DNA of 32,693 nt, taken from positions 1 to 32,693 of the forward strand of contig CASDQU010000038.1 of the NCBI GenBank assembly GCA_949282835.1. The letters run 5' to 3'. The position numbers and the translations under genes were made by a program. This document shows positions 19,006 to 26,633 of the stretch, piece by piece. Source of the stretch: an uncultured Bacillota bacterium (GTDB lineage Bacteria > Bacillota > Clostridia > Christensenellales > UBA1242). Each line of letters opens with the position of its first letter. The stretch's first letter is position 1. Below the pieces are notes generated by a model. That model worked only from the letters and a program-made list of their open reading frames with translations, was not told where the DNA came from and did no database searches.

Positions 19006-19043
19006 GTAAAATGCGAGGAGCGTTGCAAATTTGCACGCTCCTC
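19006..19043 (-). promoter_or_regulatory. terminator-like hairpin inside the rimP-nusA 5' leader (possible attenuator)
   Basis: Minus strand reads GAGGAGCGTGCAAATTTGCAACGCTCCTC (9-bp GC-rich stem, extendable with one bulge), then GCATTTTAC. It lies downstream of the promoter at 19059..19087 and upstream of the rimP SD. Confidence 0.5.
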
Positions 19044-19058
19044 TTCCAAGTCAATATT

Positions 19059-19087
19059 ATTATATCAAAGTACAATAATAAATGCAA
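19059..19087 (-). promoter_or_regulatory. sigma-A type promoter (extended -10) for rimP-nusA-ylxR-ylxQ-infB...
   Basis: Minus strand reads TTGCAT (19087..19082), a 17-nt spacer ending in TGA, then TATAAT (19064..19059). Confidence 0.65.
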
Positions 19088-19127
19088 GTATTTTTTAAAT
19101 TTATTATAATCTTTTTAAAATTTTTAA

Positions 19128-20678
19128 TTATTTATTTTCAACTTTTTTTACTTTGTGCATTTCCATAAGCACTTTAGCTGTTGCATATGCATCATTGTAA
19201 GCCCTGTGCGCACCTGTTAAAGTCATATTTAAAGCCTTTACTACAGTGGATAATTTGTAATTAGAAACTCTAAGAGTGGATTGTTTTACCAGAATCATGG
19301 TATCTATAACCTCATTAACAAACTTTAAGCCCACTTTGTTAGCTGCTTTTATTATAAATTTCATATCAAAGCCAACAACATTATAACCGCTTAATATACA
19401 TCCATTTGTCCAATTATAGAAATCACGAATTACACTTTCTATTTTGGGAGCATCTGCAACCATTTCATTTGTAATATTGGTTAAATTTTGAACTTCAAGA
19501 GGTATTGATGAGTTAGGTTTAACTAGACTTGAAAATTGTTCAATAATTTCACCATGTGAAATTTTAACAGCGCCAATTTCGGTTATTTCACAAATATCAG
19601 GGTCTAAACCTGTCGTCTCTATATCAAAAACAACAATTTCATTATTTAATATAAAAGAGTCGTATTGAGGCTTTGTGTCAAATAAATTTTCTTGAGTATT
19701 TCTCGGTATAATGGTAGGAATAACGACAGGTTTGTATTCACCCTCTTTATAAATCTCCTTTGATATATCTTCAGCCAGCATATTAGCCAAAGATAACTTT
19801 TTTATTCTATATACAACTTTTCCATATAAATCTTTTACAATATCGCCAAGGCATAGAACAAAAGTCCCCTCACTTAAAGCCTCCATGTCTTTCAAATAAG
19901 TTTTAGCTGCAAAATAAATACAATCAATATTCCCAGATATGTCTTTTAAAGAAAAGGTGAATAAACTTCTCTCTTCGCCTGCCCTCGCGCCGCGTTTCAA
20001 TGTATAAGATTTTTGCTTTTTATTATTTAAAATACCAGCCAATATAACCGATTGTTTTAATGTTTTATTATTTTTTATGTATTCTGGTTTTGGAAGAATT
20101 TCTCCACCGACAACCTTTTTGATAATCTGGACATTATATCTATTTGTGCCTACAGGTAATGTTATAATATCAGGCGCATCTATTTCATCGGGCAAAACTT
20201 CATCATTTTCTTCAATAATAATTTCAAAATTGGCTATATATAGTGAATTTAGATATTTCATTAATTCATTCTTTAACCCTTGTTCATCAATTAATGAATA
20301 AACATCTTGATTTAATAGAATATTTATTTTTACATTGAGCTGCTCTTGATTAATTGAAAAATTTTCTTCATTTAAATAAGGAATTAAGGCTGGTTTATTT
20401 GTTTTAAAAAACTCTATTATATCATTTAAAATTAATCTCTTATCTAAAAAACTCTTTTTGAATTTTATTTTCACATCGCATTTAAGTGCTAAAAATTCGG
20501 TTATAAACTGTGTAATTAAAGCCTTGTCTTCTTTTGAAATTTCCTCTATTGTTATAGGATATAAAAAAGTTATTGTGCAACATTTGTTATTTTCATTTAG
20601 CACAATACTGTTTAATAATTTTAAATAATTGAATTTATCATCAAATTTTGAATTTAATTTTTCGACTATATCAATCAT
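19128..20678 (-). CDS. PolC-like N-domain + OB-fold + DEDDh 3'-5' exonuclease protein, lacking PHP and polymerase domains
   Basis: 516 aa. The C-terminal ~160 aa carry Exo I VVFDIETTGL, Exo II GYNVVGFDMKFI and Exo III HRAYNDAYATA. Residues ~205-297 resemble the PolC OB domain (VILAGIL....SLFTFSLKD.SGNIDCIYF....L..GTFVLCLGDI). The N-terminal ~200 aa resemble the PolC N-domain. It occupies the polC slot between rseP and rimP. Confidence 0.65.
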   Translation of the reverse strand: MIDIVEKLNSKFDDKFNYLKLLNSIVLNENNKCCTITFLYPITIEEISKEDKALITQFITEFLALKCDVKIKFKKSFLDKRLILNDIIEFFKTNKPALIPYLNEENFSINQEQLNVKINILLNQDVYSLIDEQGLKNELMKYLNSLYIANFEIIIEENDEVLPDEIDAPDIITLPVGTNRYNVQIIKKVVGGEILPKPEYIKNNKTLKQSVILAGILNNKKQKSYTLKRGARAGEERSLFTFSLKDISGNIDCIYFAAKTYLKDMEALSEGTFVLCLGDIVKDLYGKVVYRIKKLSLANMLAEDISKEIYKEGEYKPVVIPTIIPRNTQENLFDTKPQYDSFILNNEIVVFDIETTGLDPDICEITEIGAVKISHGEIIEQFSSLVKPNSSIPLEVQNLTNITNEMVADAPKIESVIRDFYNWTNGCILSGYNVVGFDMKFIIKAANKVGLKFVNEVIDTMILVKQSTLRVSNYKLSTVVKALNMTLTGAHRAYNDAYATAKVLMEMHKVKKVENK

Positions 20679-20687
20679 AAAATCATT

Positions 20688-21902
20688 TTACAATAGAAAA
20701 TGTAAAATGTCAACAAGAATAACAAATCCAAAAAGCACAATAAGACCTACCAAATGAATGGTATTTTCAAGCTCTCGTTTAATCGGTTTTTTCCGTATGG
20801 CTTCAATCGTTGTAAATAAGACATGAGCGCCATCTAAAGCAGGAATAGGCAGGATATTAAATATCGCCAAATTGGCAGAAATTAAAGGTATTAATACTAG
20901 TAAATTAGAAATACTTGCCTGTGTATAAGTTGCGATAGTTGCTATTGTAGTAATAGGTCCACCTATTGAAGAAATTGGAAGCTGGAATGTCAATAGTAAA
21001 AATAAACTCTTTAACACCACCCAAGCAAGACCAAATGCAAAAGGAACGGCTCTCTCTAAGGCCTCTCCAACACTATGCACATAAGCTTTAACATTTACAT
21101 CCCAAGTATAGGTATAATTTAAAACTGGATTGTTGTTTTCATCATAAAGAAGATTACCATTTTCATCTTCTTTCTGAACTTGCAACTGCGTAAAGCCCAT
21201 ATATACTTCTTGATAATGTCCATCTCTTTTAACTATAGCTGTTATAGGATTTTGCTCTGTATATTCTTTGAAAGCCTCTCTTTCACCTGTAGCCTGATTG
21301 CCTTCTCGAACATTAGAAATAAATTGATTTAATTTTTTAACTTCAGTATTTACCAAATCATTATAATTAGCTCCATATGCAAAATCTATCTTTTCTCCAT
21401 TTATAGAAATGATAACATCGCCCTTCATTAATAATTGCTCTTGCGAATATAAGTCTTTTATAGGAGAATAAGCAGAGCCATCTATCATATTCTCTATGTC
21501 TAAAGAAGTGAATTGTTGATAATTTACAAATTGCGGTATATCATAACCAACTGTGCATAACAATAAAAAACTAGTTAAAACCGCAAAAGCAAAATTAAAA
21601 GTCACTCCTGCTAAAAATACAAGTATTCTTTTCCATGGTTTTTGATTGGTAAAAGCCGATTTATCTTGCGGATTTGTTTCTTCTTCTCCTGCAAATGCAC
21701 AATATCCGCCAAGCGGAAAGATACGAAGAGAGATAAGCTCTCCTCGTTTATTAGTGCGAGAAAATATTGACTTGCCAAAGCCAATAGAAAATTCGGTAAT
21801 TTTAAAATTTAACATTCTTCCCACAACATAATGTCCAAATTCATGAACCATTACCATCACAAGTAATATAATTATTGCAAGGAAGATATATAAAATATAC
21901 AT
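20688..21902 (-). CDS. rseP: RIP (site-2) zinc metalloprotease RseP/RasP
   Basis: HEFGHYVVGR (HExxH) lies in TM1. There is a central PDZ-like region and a C-terminal NILPIPALDGAH (LDG motif). Confidence 0.9.
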   Translation of the reverse strand: MYILYIFLAIIILLVMVMVHEFGHYVVGRMLNFKITEFSIGFGKSIFSRTNKRGELISLRIFPLGGYCAFAGEEETNPQDKSAFTNQKPWKRILVFLAGVTFNFAFAVLTSFLLLCTVGYDIPQFVNYQQFTSLDIENMIDGSAYSPIKDLYSQEQLLMKGDVIISINGEKIDFAYGANYNDLVNTEVKKLNQFISNVREGNQATGEREAFKEYTEQNPITAIVKRDGHYQEVYMGFTQLQVQKEDENGNLLYDENNNPVLNYTYTWDVNVKAYVHSVGEALERAVPFAFGLAWVVLKSLFLLLTFQLPISSIGGPITTIATIATYTQASISNLLVLIPLISANLAIFNILPIPALDGAHVLFTTIEAIRKKPIKRELENTIHLVGLIVLFGFVILVDILHFLL

Positions 21903-21997
21903 GACGCCTCGCGATGATTAATTTAACTAGCTAACTCTATTAATATATGCAAATCAAAATTAAACTATAAGCATATTAAGATAAAATTAAATTACGA

Positions 21998-22969
21998 TTA
22001 TATAACAGCAAACAAAATACTAAACGCCATAAAGATATAAGGCGCAACAAAAATATAGGAGTCAAATCTATCAAGCATTCCGCCATGTCCAGGAAGTAAT
22101 TTCCCTGAATCTTTTACAGAAGCAGAGCGCTTTAAAGAACTTTCTGCCAAATCTCCAAGCTGACTAATTATAGCTCCTATAAACGAAATAATCACAACTT
22201 TCCAAATCGAAATTCCAGCATTTTGTAACATTAAAGACATTGATGGAACAGCATCAAAAATGCAGAATACCACTACAGATAGTAGTACGCACCATAGAAG
22301 ACCACCAATCGCTCCTGATATTGTCTTATTAGGGCTTATTTTAGGAGCGAGTTTTTTGCCACCTATTAGTCCGCCAGTAATATAGGCAAAAGTATCGGCA
22401 AATATAGGTATGAGGAAAGCAAACAGAAGCACATAAAAGGAAATCCATCCATCAAAATTGGTTAAATTTGTAAATGATGATGTCATATCCTCAAAATGAT
22501 TTATTAAAGTTAAAAACATCAATAGAAAAGCAGGATAAATATATACCAAAGTCGTGTTTAGTGCTTTAAAGAAAGCATATTTTGCAAGTGTATAGGACTT
22601 ATCTAGTTTCCTTGTTTTAATTTCCATTCTTGCATTTCTAAAATCAATACAAGACCATAAAAAGGCAAGAATAAAGAAAAACAATATTACGCCTACAGCT
22701 ATTACAAAAGTAAATTCTATTCCTATTTCTGCATCAAACTCAACACACAAAAGTAATGCCAGCATTAAAAATGCAGGAAAAATTGTGGCTAATATTTTAT
22801 TATTAAATTTATTTGTTTTTGCGAATAATTTTGATGCTTCATATGAAGCAAAACAAGTAACCGCAAGTATTAAAGCATCAAAAAAATAATTGCTTACATA
22901 AATCTTTAATATAAAAGCTATTGCAAGTACAACAACAATTCCAAGCGATGTTAAAAGTCTAGTTTTCAA
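21998..22969 (-). CDS. cdsA: phosphatidate cytidylyltransferase
   Basis: Polytopic membrane protein with the C-terminal signature SSLKRSASVKDSGKLLPGHGGMLDRFDS. TTG start lies 6 nt after GGAGG and overlaps the uppS stop. Confidence 0.9.
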   Translation of the reverse strand: MKTRLLTSLGIVVVLAIAFILKIYVSNYFFDALILAVTCFASYEASKLFAKTNKFNNKILATIFPAFLMLALLLCVEFDAEIGIEFTFVIAVGVILFFFILAFLWSCIDFRNARMEIKTRKLDKSYTLAKYAFFKALNTTLVYIYPAFLLMFLTLINHFEDMTSSFTNLTNFDGWISFYVLLFAFLIPIFADTFAYITGGLIGGKKLAPKISPNKTISGAIGGLLWCVLLSVVVFCIFDAVPSMSLMLQNAGISIWKVVIISFIGAIISQLGDLAESSLKRSASVKDSGKLLPGHGGMLDRFDSYIFVAPYIFMAFSILFAVI

Positions 22970-23652
22970 TTTAAACCTCCAAATCTTCTATTCCTCTTTT
23001 GATAAATGTCTAAACATTTTTTTAAATATCTTTCATTAAAATCTGGCCAATAAACTTTTGGGAAATAAAGCTCACTGTATGCCATCTGATAAAGTAAAAA
23101 ATTTGATATTCGCATTTCACCACTTGTTCTAATCACTAAATCTGGCTGCGGTATATCTTGAGTGTCCAAATTTTTCAACAAAAGCTCTTCATCAATTTTG
23201 TTATAGCCCTTTTGTATCAATTTATTCACAGCTCTTACTATATCATCTCGTCCACCATAATTTAGAGCAAAGATTGCACAAGTATCATTGAAATTTTTTG
23301 TCTTTTCTTTGATTTCATACAAAGCATCTTGTAAATCCTTAGGAAATTTTTCTAATGTACCTATAGAAGCAACTTTAATTTTATGTTTTAAGAAAACATT
23401 ATCCTCTTTTCTTAAATATTCTCTTAGAAGGTTAAAAATACCATCAATTTCCTCTTTACTCCGTTTCCAATTTTCTGTAGAAAAAGCAAAAAATGTGCAA
23501 TATTTGATATTAAATTTTTTACAAGCGATAACAGTTTTTTCAATAGCCTTTATACCCTGCTTGTGACCCAAATTACGAGGAAGTCCCCGTTTTGTAGCCC
23601 AGCGCCCGTTGCCATCCATAATAATTCCAATGTGCATTGGTAAATTAGTCAT
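22966..23652 (-). CDS. uppS: isoprenyl transferase (undecaprenyl-diphosphate synthase)
   Basis: HIGIIMDGNGRWA, FAFSTENWKR and IRTSGE.R.SNFLL.Q.AYSELYF are canonical cis-prenyltransferase motifs. Confidence 0.93.
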   Translation of the reverse strand: MTNLPMHIGIIMDGNGRWATKRGLPRNLGHKQGIKAIEKTVIACKKFNIKYCTFFAFSTENWKRSKEEIDGIFNLLREYLRKEDNVFLKHKIKVASIGTLEKFPKDLQDALYEIKEKTKNFNDTCAIFALNYGGRDDIVRAVNKLIQKGYNKIDEELLLKNLDTQDIPQPDLVIRTSGEMRISNFLLYQMAYSELYFPKVYWPDFNERYLKKCLDIYQKRNRRFGGLN

Positions 23653-23693
23653 GTCAATTCCCTTTCTAAAACAAATTGTAAATTATGAATGAG

Positions 23694-24260
23694 TTAGATT
23701 TCCATAATTTCTTTTTCTTTTGTTTTATAATTGGCATCTATTTTGTCACAAGATAAATCTACCAATTTTTGAATATCATCAAAATAGCCATCTCTTTCGT
23801 CTTCTGAAATTTCTCCATTTTTTTCAAGGTCTTTAATCATATCCATTGCATCACGGCGCGCATTTCTAACCGCAATTTTAGTCTCTTCTGCTATCTTTTT
23901 GATTGATTTAACAATTTCAATACGCCTCTCCTCGGTAAGCATAGGGAAAACAAGTCTAATCACTTTGCCATCTTCATTTGGAGTAATTCCAAGATCGGCG
24001 GCAGAAATCGCTTTTGAAATATTTTTCACCTGACTTTGATCCCAAACCGAAATAGCAAGTATGCGTGCTTCAGGTACAGTAATTGAAGCCATATTTTTAA
24101 TAGGAGTTGGCACTCCATAATAATCAACATAAACTTTATCAAGTATATGAGGATTAGCTCTCCCTGCCCGAATAACAAGGTATTCATTAAGTTGATGATT
24201 TATTGCTTTATTAATTTCCTCTTCACAAGACAACTTAATTTCATCTATCATTTCGTTCAT
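23694..24260 (-). CDS. frr: ribosome recycling factor
   Basis: 188 aa, ...RAGRANP..LD.V.VDYYG..TP....A.I.VPEAR.L.I..WD...... IRL..P.LTEERR. Confidence 0.93.
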   Translation of the reverse strand: MNEMIDEIKLSCEEEINKAINHQLNEYLVIRAGRANPHILDKVYVDYYGVPTPIKNMASITVPEARILAISVWDQSQVKNISKAISAADLGITPNEDGKVIRLVFPMLTEERRIEIVKSIKKIAEETKIAVRNARRDAMDMIKDLEKNGEISEDERDGYFDDIQKLVDLSCDKIDANYKTKEKEIMEI

Positions 24261-24278
24261 AATAATCTCCTCGAAAAT

Positions 24279-24307
24279 ATTTTACTATAAACTAATAATT
24301 TTTGCAA
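24279..24307 (-). promoter_or_regulatory. sigma-A type promoter dedicated to frr(-uppS-cdsA-rseP)
   Basis: Minus strand reads TTGCAA (24307..24302), a 17-nt spacer, then TAAAAT (24284..24279), about 18 nt before the frr ATG with its GAGGAG SD. Confidence 0.5.
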
Positions 24308-24390
24308 ATGATTTACATTATTATAATAAGAATATTGGCAAATTTTGTATCGAAAATCAATCTTTTATAATAATTAATATATAGCAAATA

Positions 24391-24419
24391 TTGACATTCT
24401 TTTTATAAAAATATATAAT
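24391..24419 (+). promoter_or_regulatory. consensus sigma-A promoter for the HipA-like two-gene module
   Basis: Plus strand reads TTGACA (24391..24396), exactly 17 nt, then TATAAT (24414..24419), followed by a GAGAGGAAA SD and GTG at 24441. Confidence 0.7.
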
Positions 24420-24440
24420 ATTTTATATAGAGAGGAAATA

Positions 24441-25529
24441 GTGAAAAGAATAAATATTGAGCCCGACAAAAATTGTAAAATTTATCAAACAGAAGCTAGA
24501 GGCGCTAAACCAAAATTTTGGTTTTATTTTCCAGATGATAAATCAGATAATCCAAAACAATGGCTATTTAAAAATACCAATCGTAGCGAAGAGACGACTA
24601 ATGCCTCTAAAACTTTTGAAGATATAGGTGAGGTCATATTTTATAAGATATGCAAAAGGCTGGGCGTTGATTGTGTGGAATATAAACTTGCCCAATATCA
24701 AAAAGGCGATCAAATTGTTGAAGGTGTTATTTGTCAAAATTATAACCCAGATGAATGTGTAGAGCTTTCTGGTTATACAATACTTGAAAATTATAGAAAC
24801 TATATTTATGATAATTTTAATGGTAAAAATGTTCCCAATGATAATACTCTCGAAAATTATAAAAGAAGTTTAAATTGTATTAAAATAACACATACACCAC
24901 TAGAGAGCGAACACGGCACAAATTTGTCCGTTGATATAAACAAAATTTATAAGCAAATGGCAAAAATGTTAATATTAGATTATATATGTTGTCAATCTGA
25001 CAGAAATTGGTTTAATATATCATTTTTGATTGATAGCAAGACCAAAGAATTAAAAATGACGCCTTTATTTGACAATGGCAATATATTCTCTTGGAACTTT
25101 AGAGAATCGGTAATAGAACATCAAAACACAGTTTTGTCAAAATACCCTAAATATGAAAACTATCTAGAATTATATCAATCTAAATCTACTGCCATGGGTG
25201 TAAAAACGCCTGTTTCTCATAGAGATAAAAATAATCCTATTAGATCTATCAATTCAAAATTTAAAGAAATATCTACAAACTTAATTGACCATGAACTTGC
25301 ATCGGTTATCGCAAATGATGAAGAATTACAAGAATTTTTAGCAAATTGCCAAAACATAGGATTATATTTAGAGGAAGCCTTTGAAGAATTTAAAAAGGAA
25401 TATGAAGAAGACTGCTCATTGTTAAGAAATCAAAGCTCTATAATTGCTTCTATAAAAAGCGAACATTTATTACAGCTTGTTAAAAAGAAAATACAAGAAA
25501 TGGAGGTCGATGATGAAAATTCTCTTTAA
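24441..25529 (+). CDS. HipA-family Ser/Thr protein kinase lacking the HipA N-terminal subdomain (HipT-like putative toxin)
   Basis: 362 aa. It aligns by eye to E. coli HipA. P-loop ARGAKPKF matches AGAQEKTA. QWLFK matches THIIK. GEVIFYKICKRLGVDCVEYKL matches NEYYCLLLAKELGLNVPDAEI. Catalytic loop QSDRNWFNISFLI (D187, N192) matches TDGHAKNFSVFI. KMTPLFDNGN (D211) matches RLTPFYDIIS. GTG start. Confidence 0.7.
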   Translation: MKRINIEPDKNCKIYQTEARGAKPKFWFYFPDDKSDNPKQWLFKNTNRSEETTNASKTFEDIGEVIFYKICKRLGVDCVEYKLAQYQKGDQIVEGVICQNYNPDECVELSGYTILENYRNYIYDNFNGKNVPNDNTLENYKRSLNCIKITHTPLESEHGTNLSVDINKIYKQMAKMLILDYICCQSDRNWFNISFLIDSKTKELKMTPLFDNGNIFSWNFRESVIEHQNTVLSKYPKYENYLELYQSKSTAMGVKTPVSHRDKNNPIRSINSKFKEISTNLIDHELASVIANDEELQEFLANCQNIGLYLEEAFEEFKKEYEEDCSLLRNQSSIIASIKSEHLLQLVKKKIQEMEVDDENSL

Positions 25530-25836
25530 ATATATGAATTTTGTTTTAGGCGAACTTTCTTATGAAAATAATAGATATATTTATGACTCTAATATAGAAG
25601 AAGAACAAAAAGCAAAGCGTGCTACTTTTGGCTTGCTGGACTATAGATTATACAATTCTATTAATAAAACTTCAAATCAAATTTTTATTGAATTCTTGCC
25701 CTTTATAAATCAAGCGACAAGACCTGATATCAAAAAAGAATGTCATATAGAAAATAATGACAATGATTTTCAAAAATTAATTAAAATGGCAACTAATAAT
25801 ATTTCAATGGGTGCTTATTCAATATCCATTTTCTAA
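25513..25836 (+). CDS. HipS-like protein (resembles HipA N-terminal subdomain 1; putative antitoxin or partner)
   Basis: About 107 aa. MKILFKYMNFVLGELSYENNRYIY matches HipA KLVTWMNNQRVGELTKLANGAHTFKY. SNQIFIEFLPFI......I........DFQKLIKMATNNISMGAYSI matches SDAVFNFFDNLLPDS..........PFDLLSEIGRDSVGAVTL. ATG 25513 lies 6 nt after GGAGG and overlaps the kinase 3' end by 17 nt. Confidence 0.55.
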   Translation: MKILFKYMNFVLGELSYENNRYIYDSNIEEEQKAKRATFGLLDYRLYNSINKTSNQIFIEFLPFINQATRPDIKKECHIENNDNDFQKLIKMATNNISMGAYSISIF

Positions 25837-25915
25837 TTTGCTTAGTTTACAATTATTCATAAGTAAAACTGTAAACTAAAAACAGAAGGTAAATCATTTT
25901 TGAAACTAGCATAAT

Positions 25916-25953
25916 AAAAAAGAGTTCTACTTTTAGCGGTAAAACTCTTTTTT
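25916..25953. terminator. bidirectional intrinsic terminator shared by convergent tsf and the HipS-like gene
   Basis: AAAAAAGAGTTcTAC-ttttagcg-GTAaAACTCTTTTTT has an A-run on the left and a T-run on the right, so it reads as hairpin plus U-tract on both strands. It lies 22 nt after the tsf stop. Confidence 0.7.
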
Positions 25954-25975
25954 AATTAGTTTGCAATGTGGTTTT

Positions 25976-26632
25976 TTATTTATTGCCTCGCATTTGTTTT
26001 TCAACTTCTTCAGCAAGATTGTCGTTTCGCTTTTCAAGACCTTCTCCCATTTCAAATCTTGCAAATCTTCTAATAGAGATTTTTTCTCCAATTTGAAGAG
26101 TTTTTTCATTGATATATTGCTGAATTGTCATGCTAGGATCTTTGACAAAAGGCTGTTCAAGAAGACAAACATCTTGATAAAATTTCTTAACTCGTCCTTC
26201 TACCATCTTGTCAATAATTTGAGCTGGTTTTCCCTCATTAAGAGCTTGATTTCTCAAAATATCCTTCTCTTTCTCAAGTTCTTCTTGAGGAACTTCCTCA
26301 ATTCTTACATATTTAGGAGCACTAGCTGCTATTTGAAGGGCAACATCATGTCCAATTTCTTGGAAAGCATCAGTTTTAGCAACAAAGTCAGTTTCACAAT
26401 TTATTTCAACTAAAACTCCAATTTTGCCACCCATATGAATGTATGAAGTAACAATACCTTCAGATGCAATTCTTGATTGCTTTTTAGCTGCTGCCGCAAT
26501 ACCTTTTTCTCTGAGCCAAACGATAGCCTTTTCAAAGTCTCCATCACATTCAACTAGAGCTTTTTTGCAGTCCATCATGCCAGCATTAGTTTTTGCTCTT
26601 AATTCTGCTACATCTTTCGCTGTAAAATTCAT
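25976..26632 (-). CDS. tsf: elongation factor Ts (short form)
   Basis: [44 protein letters not shown] is the canonical EF-Ts UBA-like N-terminus. ATG 26632 has a GAAGGAGAA SD and lies 1 nt after the rpsB stop. Confidence 0.93.
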   Translation of the reverse strand: MNFTAKDVAELRAKTNAGMMDCKKALVECDGDFEKAIVWLREKGIAAAAKKQSRIASEGIVTSYIHMGGKIGVLVEINCETDFVAKTDAFQEIGHDVALQIAASAPKYVRIEEVPQEELEKEKDILRNQALNEGKPAQIIDKMVEGRVKKFYQDVCLLEQPFVKDPSMTIQQYINEKTLQIGEKISIRRFARFEMGEGLEKRNDNLAEEVEKQMRGNK

Positions 26633-26633
26633 A

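Noticed and set aside
19128-20678. The PolC-like gene interpreted as a truncated pseudogene remnant of polC.
   Set aside because: The frame is uninterrupted, all three exonuclease motifs are intact, and the missing PHP-N and post-Exo regions are excised at domain boundaries. The gene ends cleanly before an ordinary promoter. Pseudogene status cannot be fully excluded without comparative data, so the finding keeps the open question.
24408-24424. A 7-3-7 palindrome (AAAATAT-ATA-ATATTTT) overlapping the -10 box of the Hip-module promoter, as a possible operator.
   Set aside because: It consists only of A and T in an A/T-only stretch, where such symmetry is frequent by chance. No DNA-binding protein is encoded in the module to use it.
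24306-25899. An 11-nt inverted repeat (aaatgatttac at 24306..24316 and gtaaatcattt at 25889..25899) flanking the Hip-like island, as possible insertion-site or terminal repeats.
   Set aside because: For two AT-rich intergenic stretches of about 150-180 nt, one 11-mer match on either strand is roughly what chance predicts. There are no further repeat copies, no target-site duplication and no recombinase gene.
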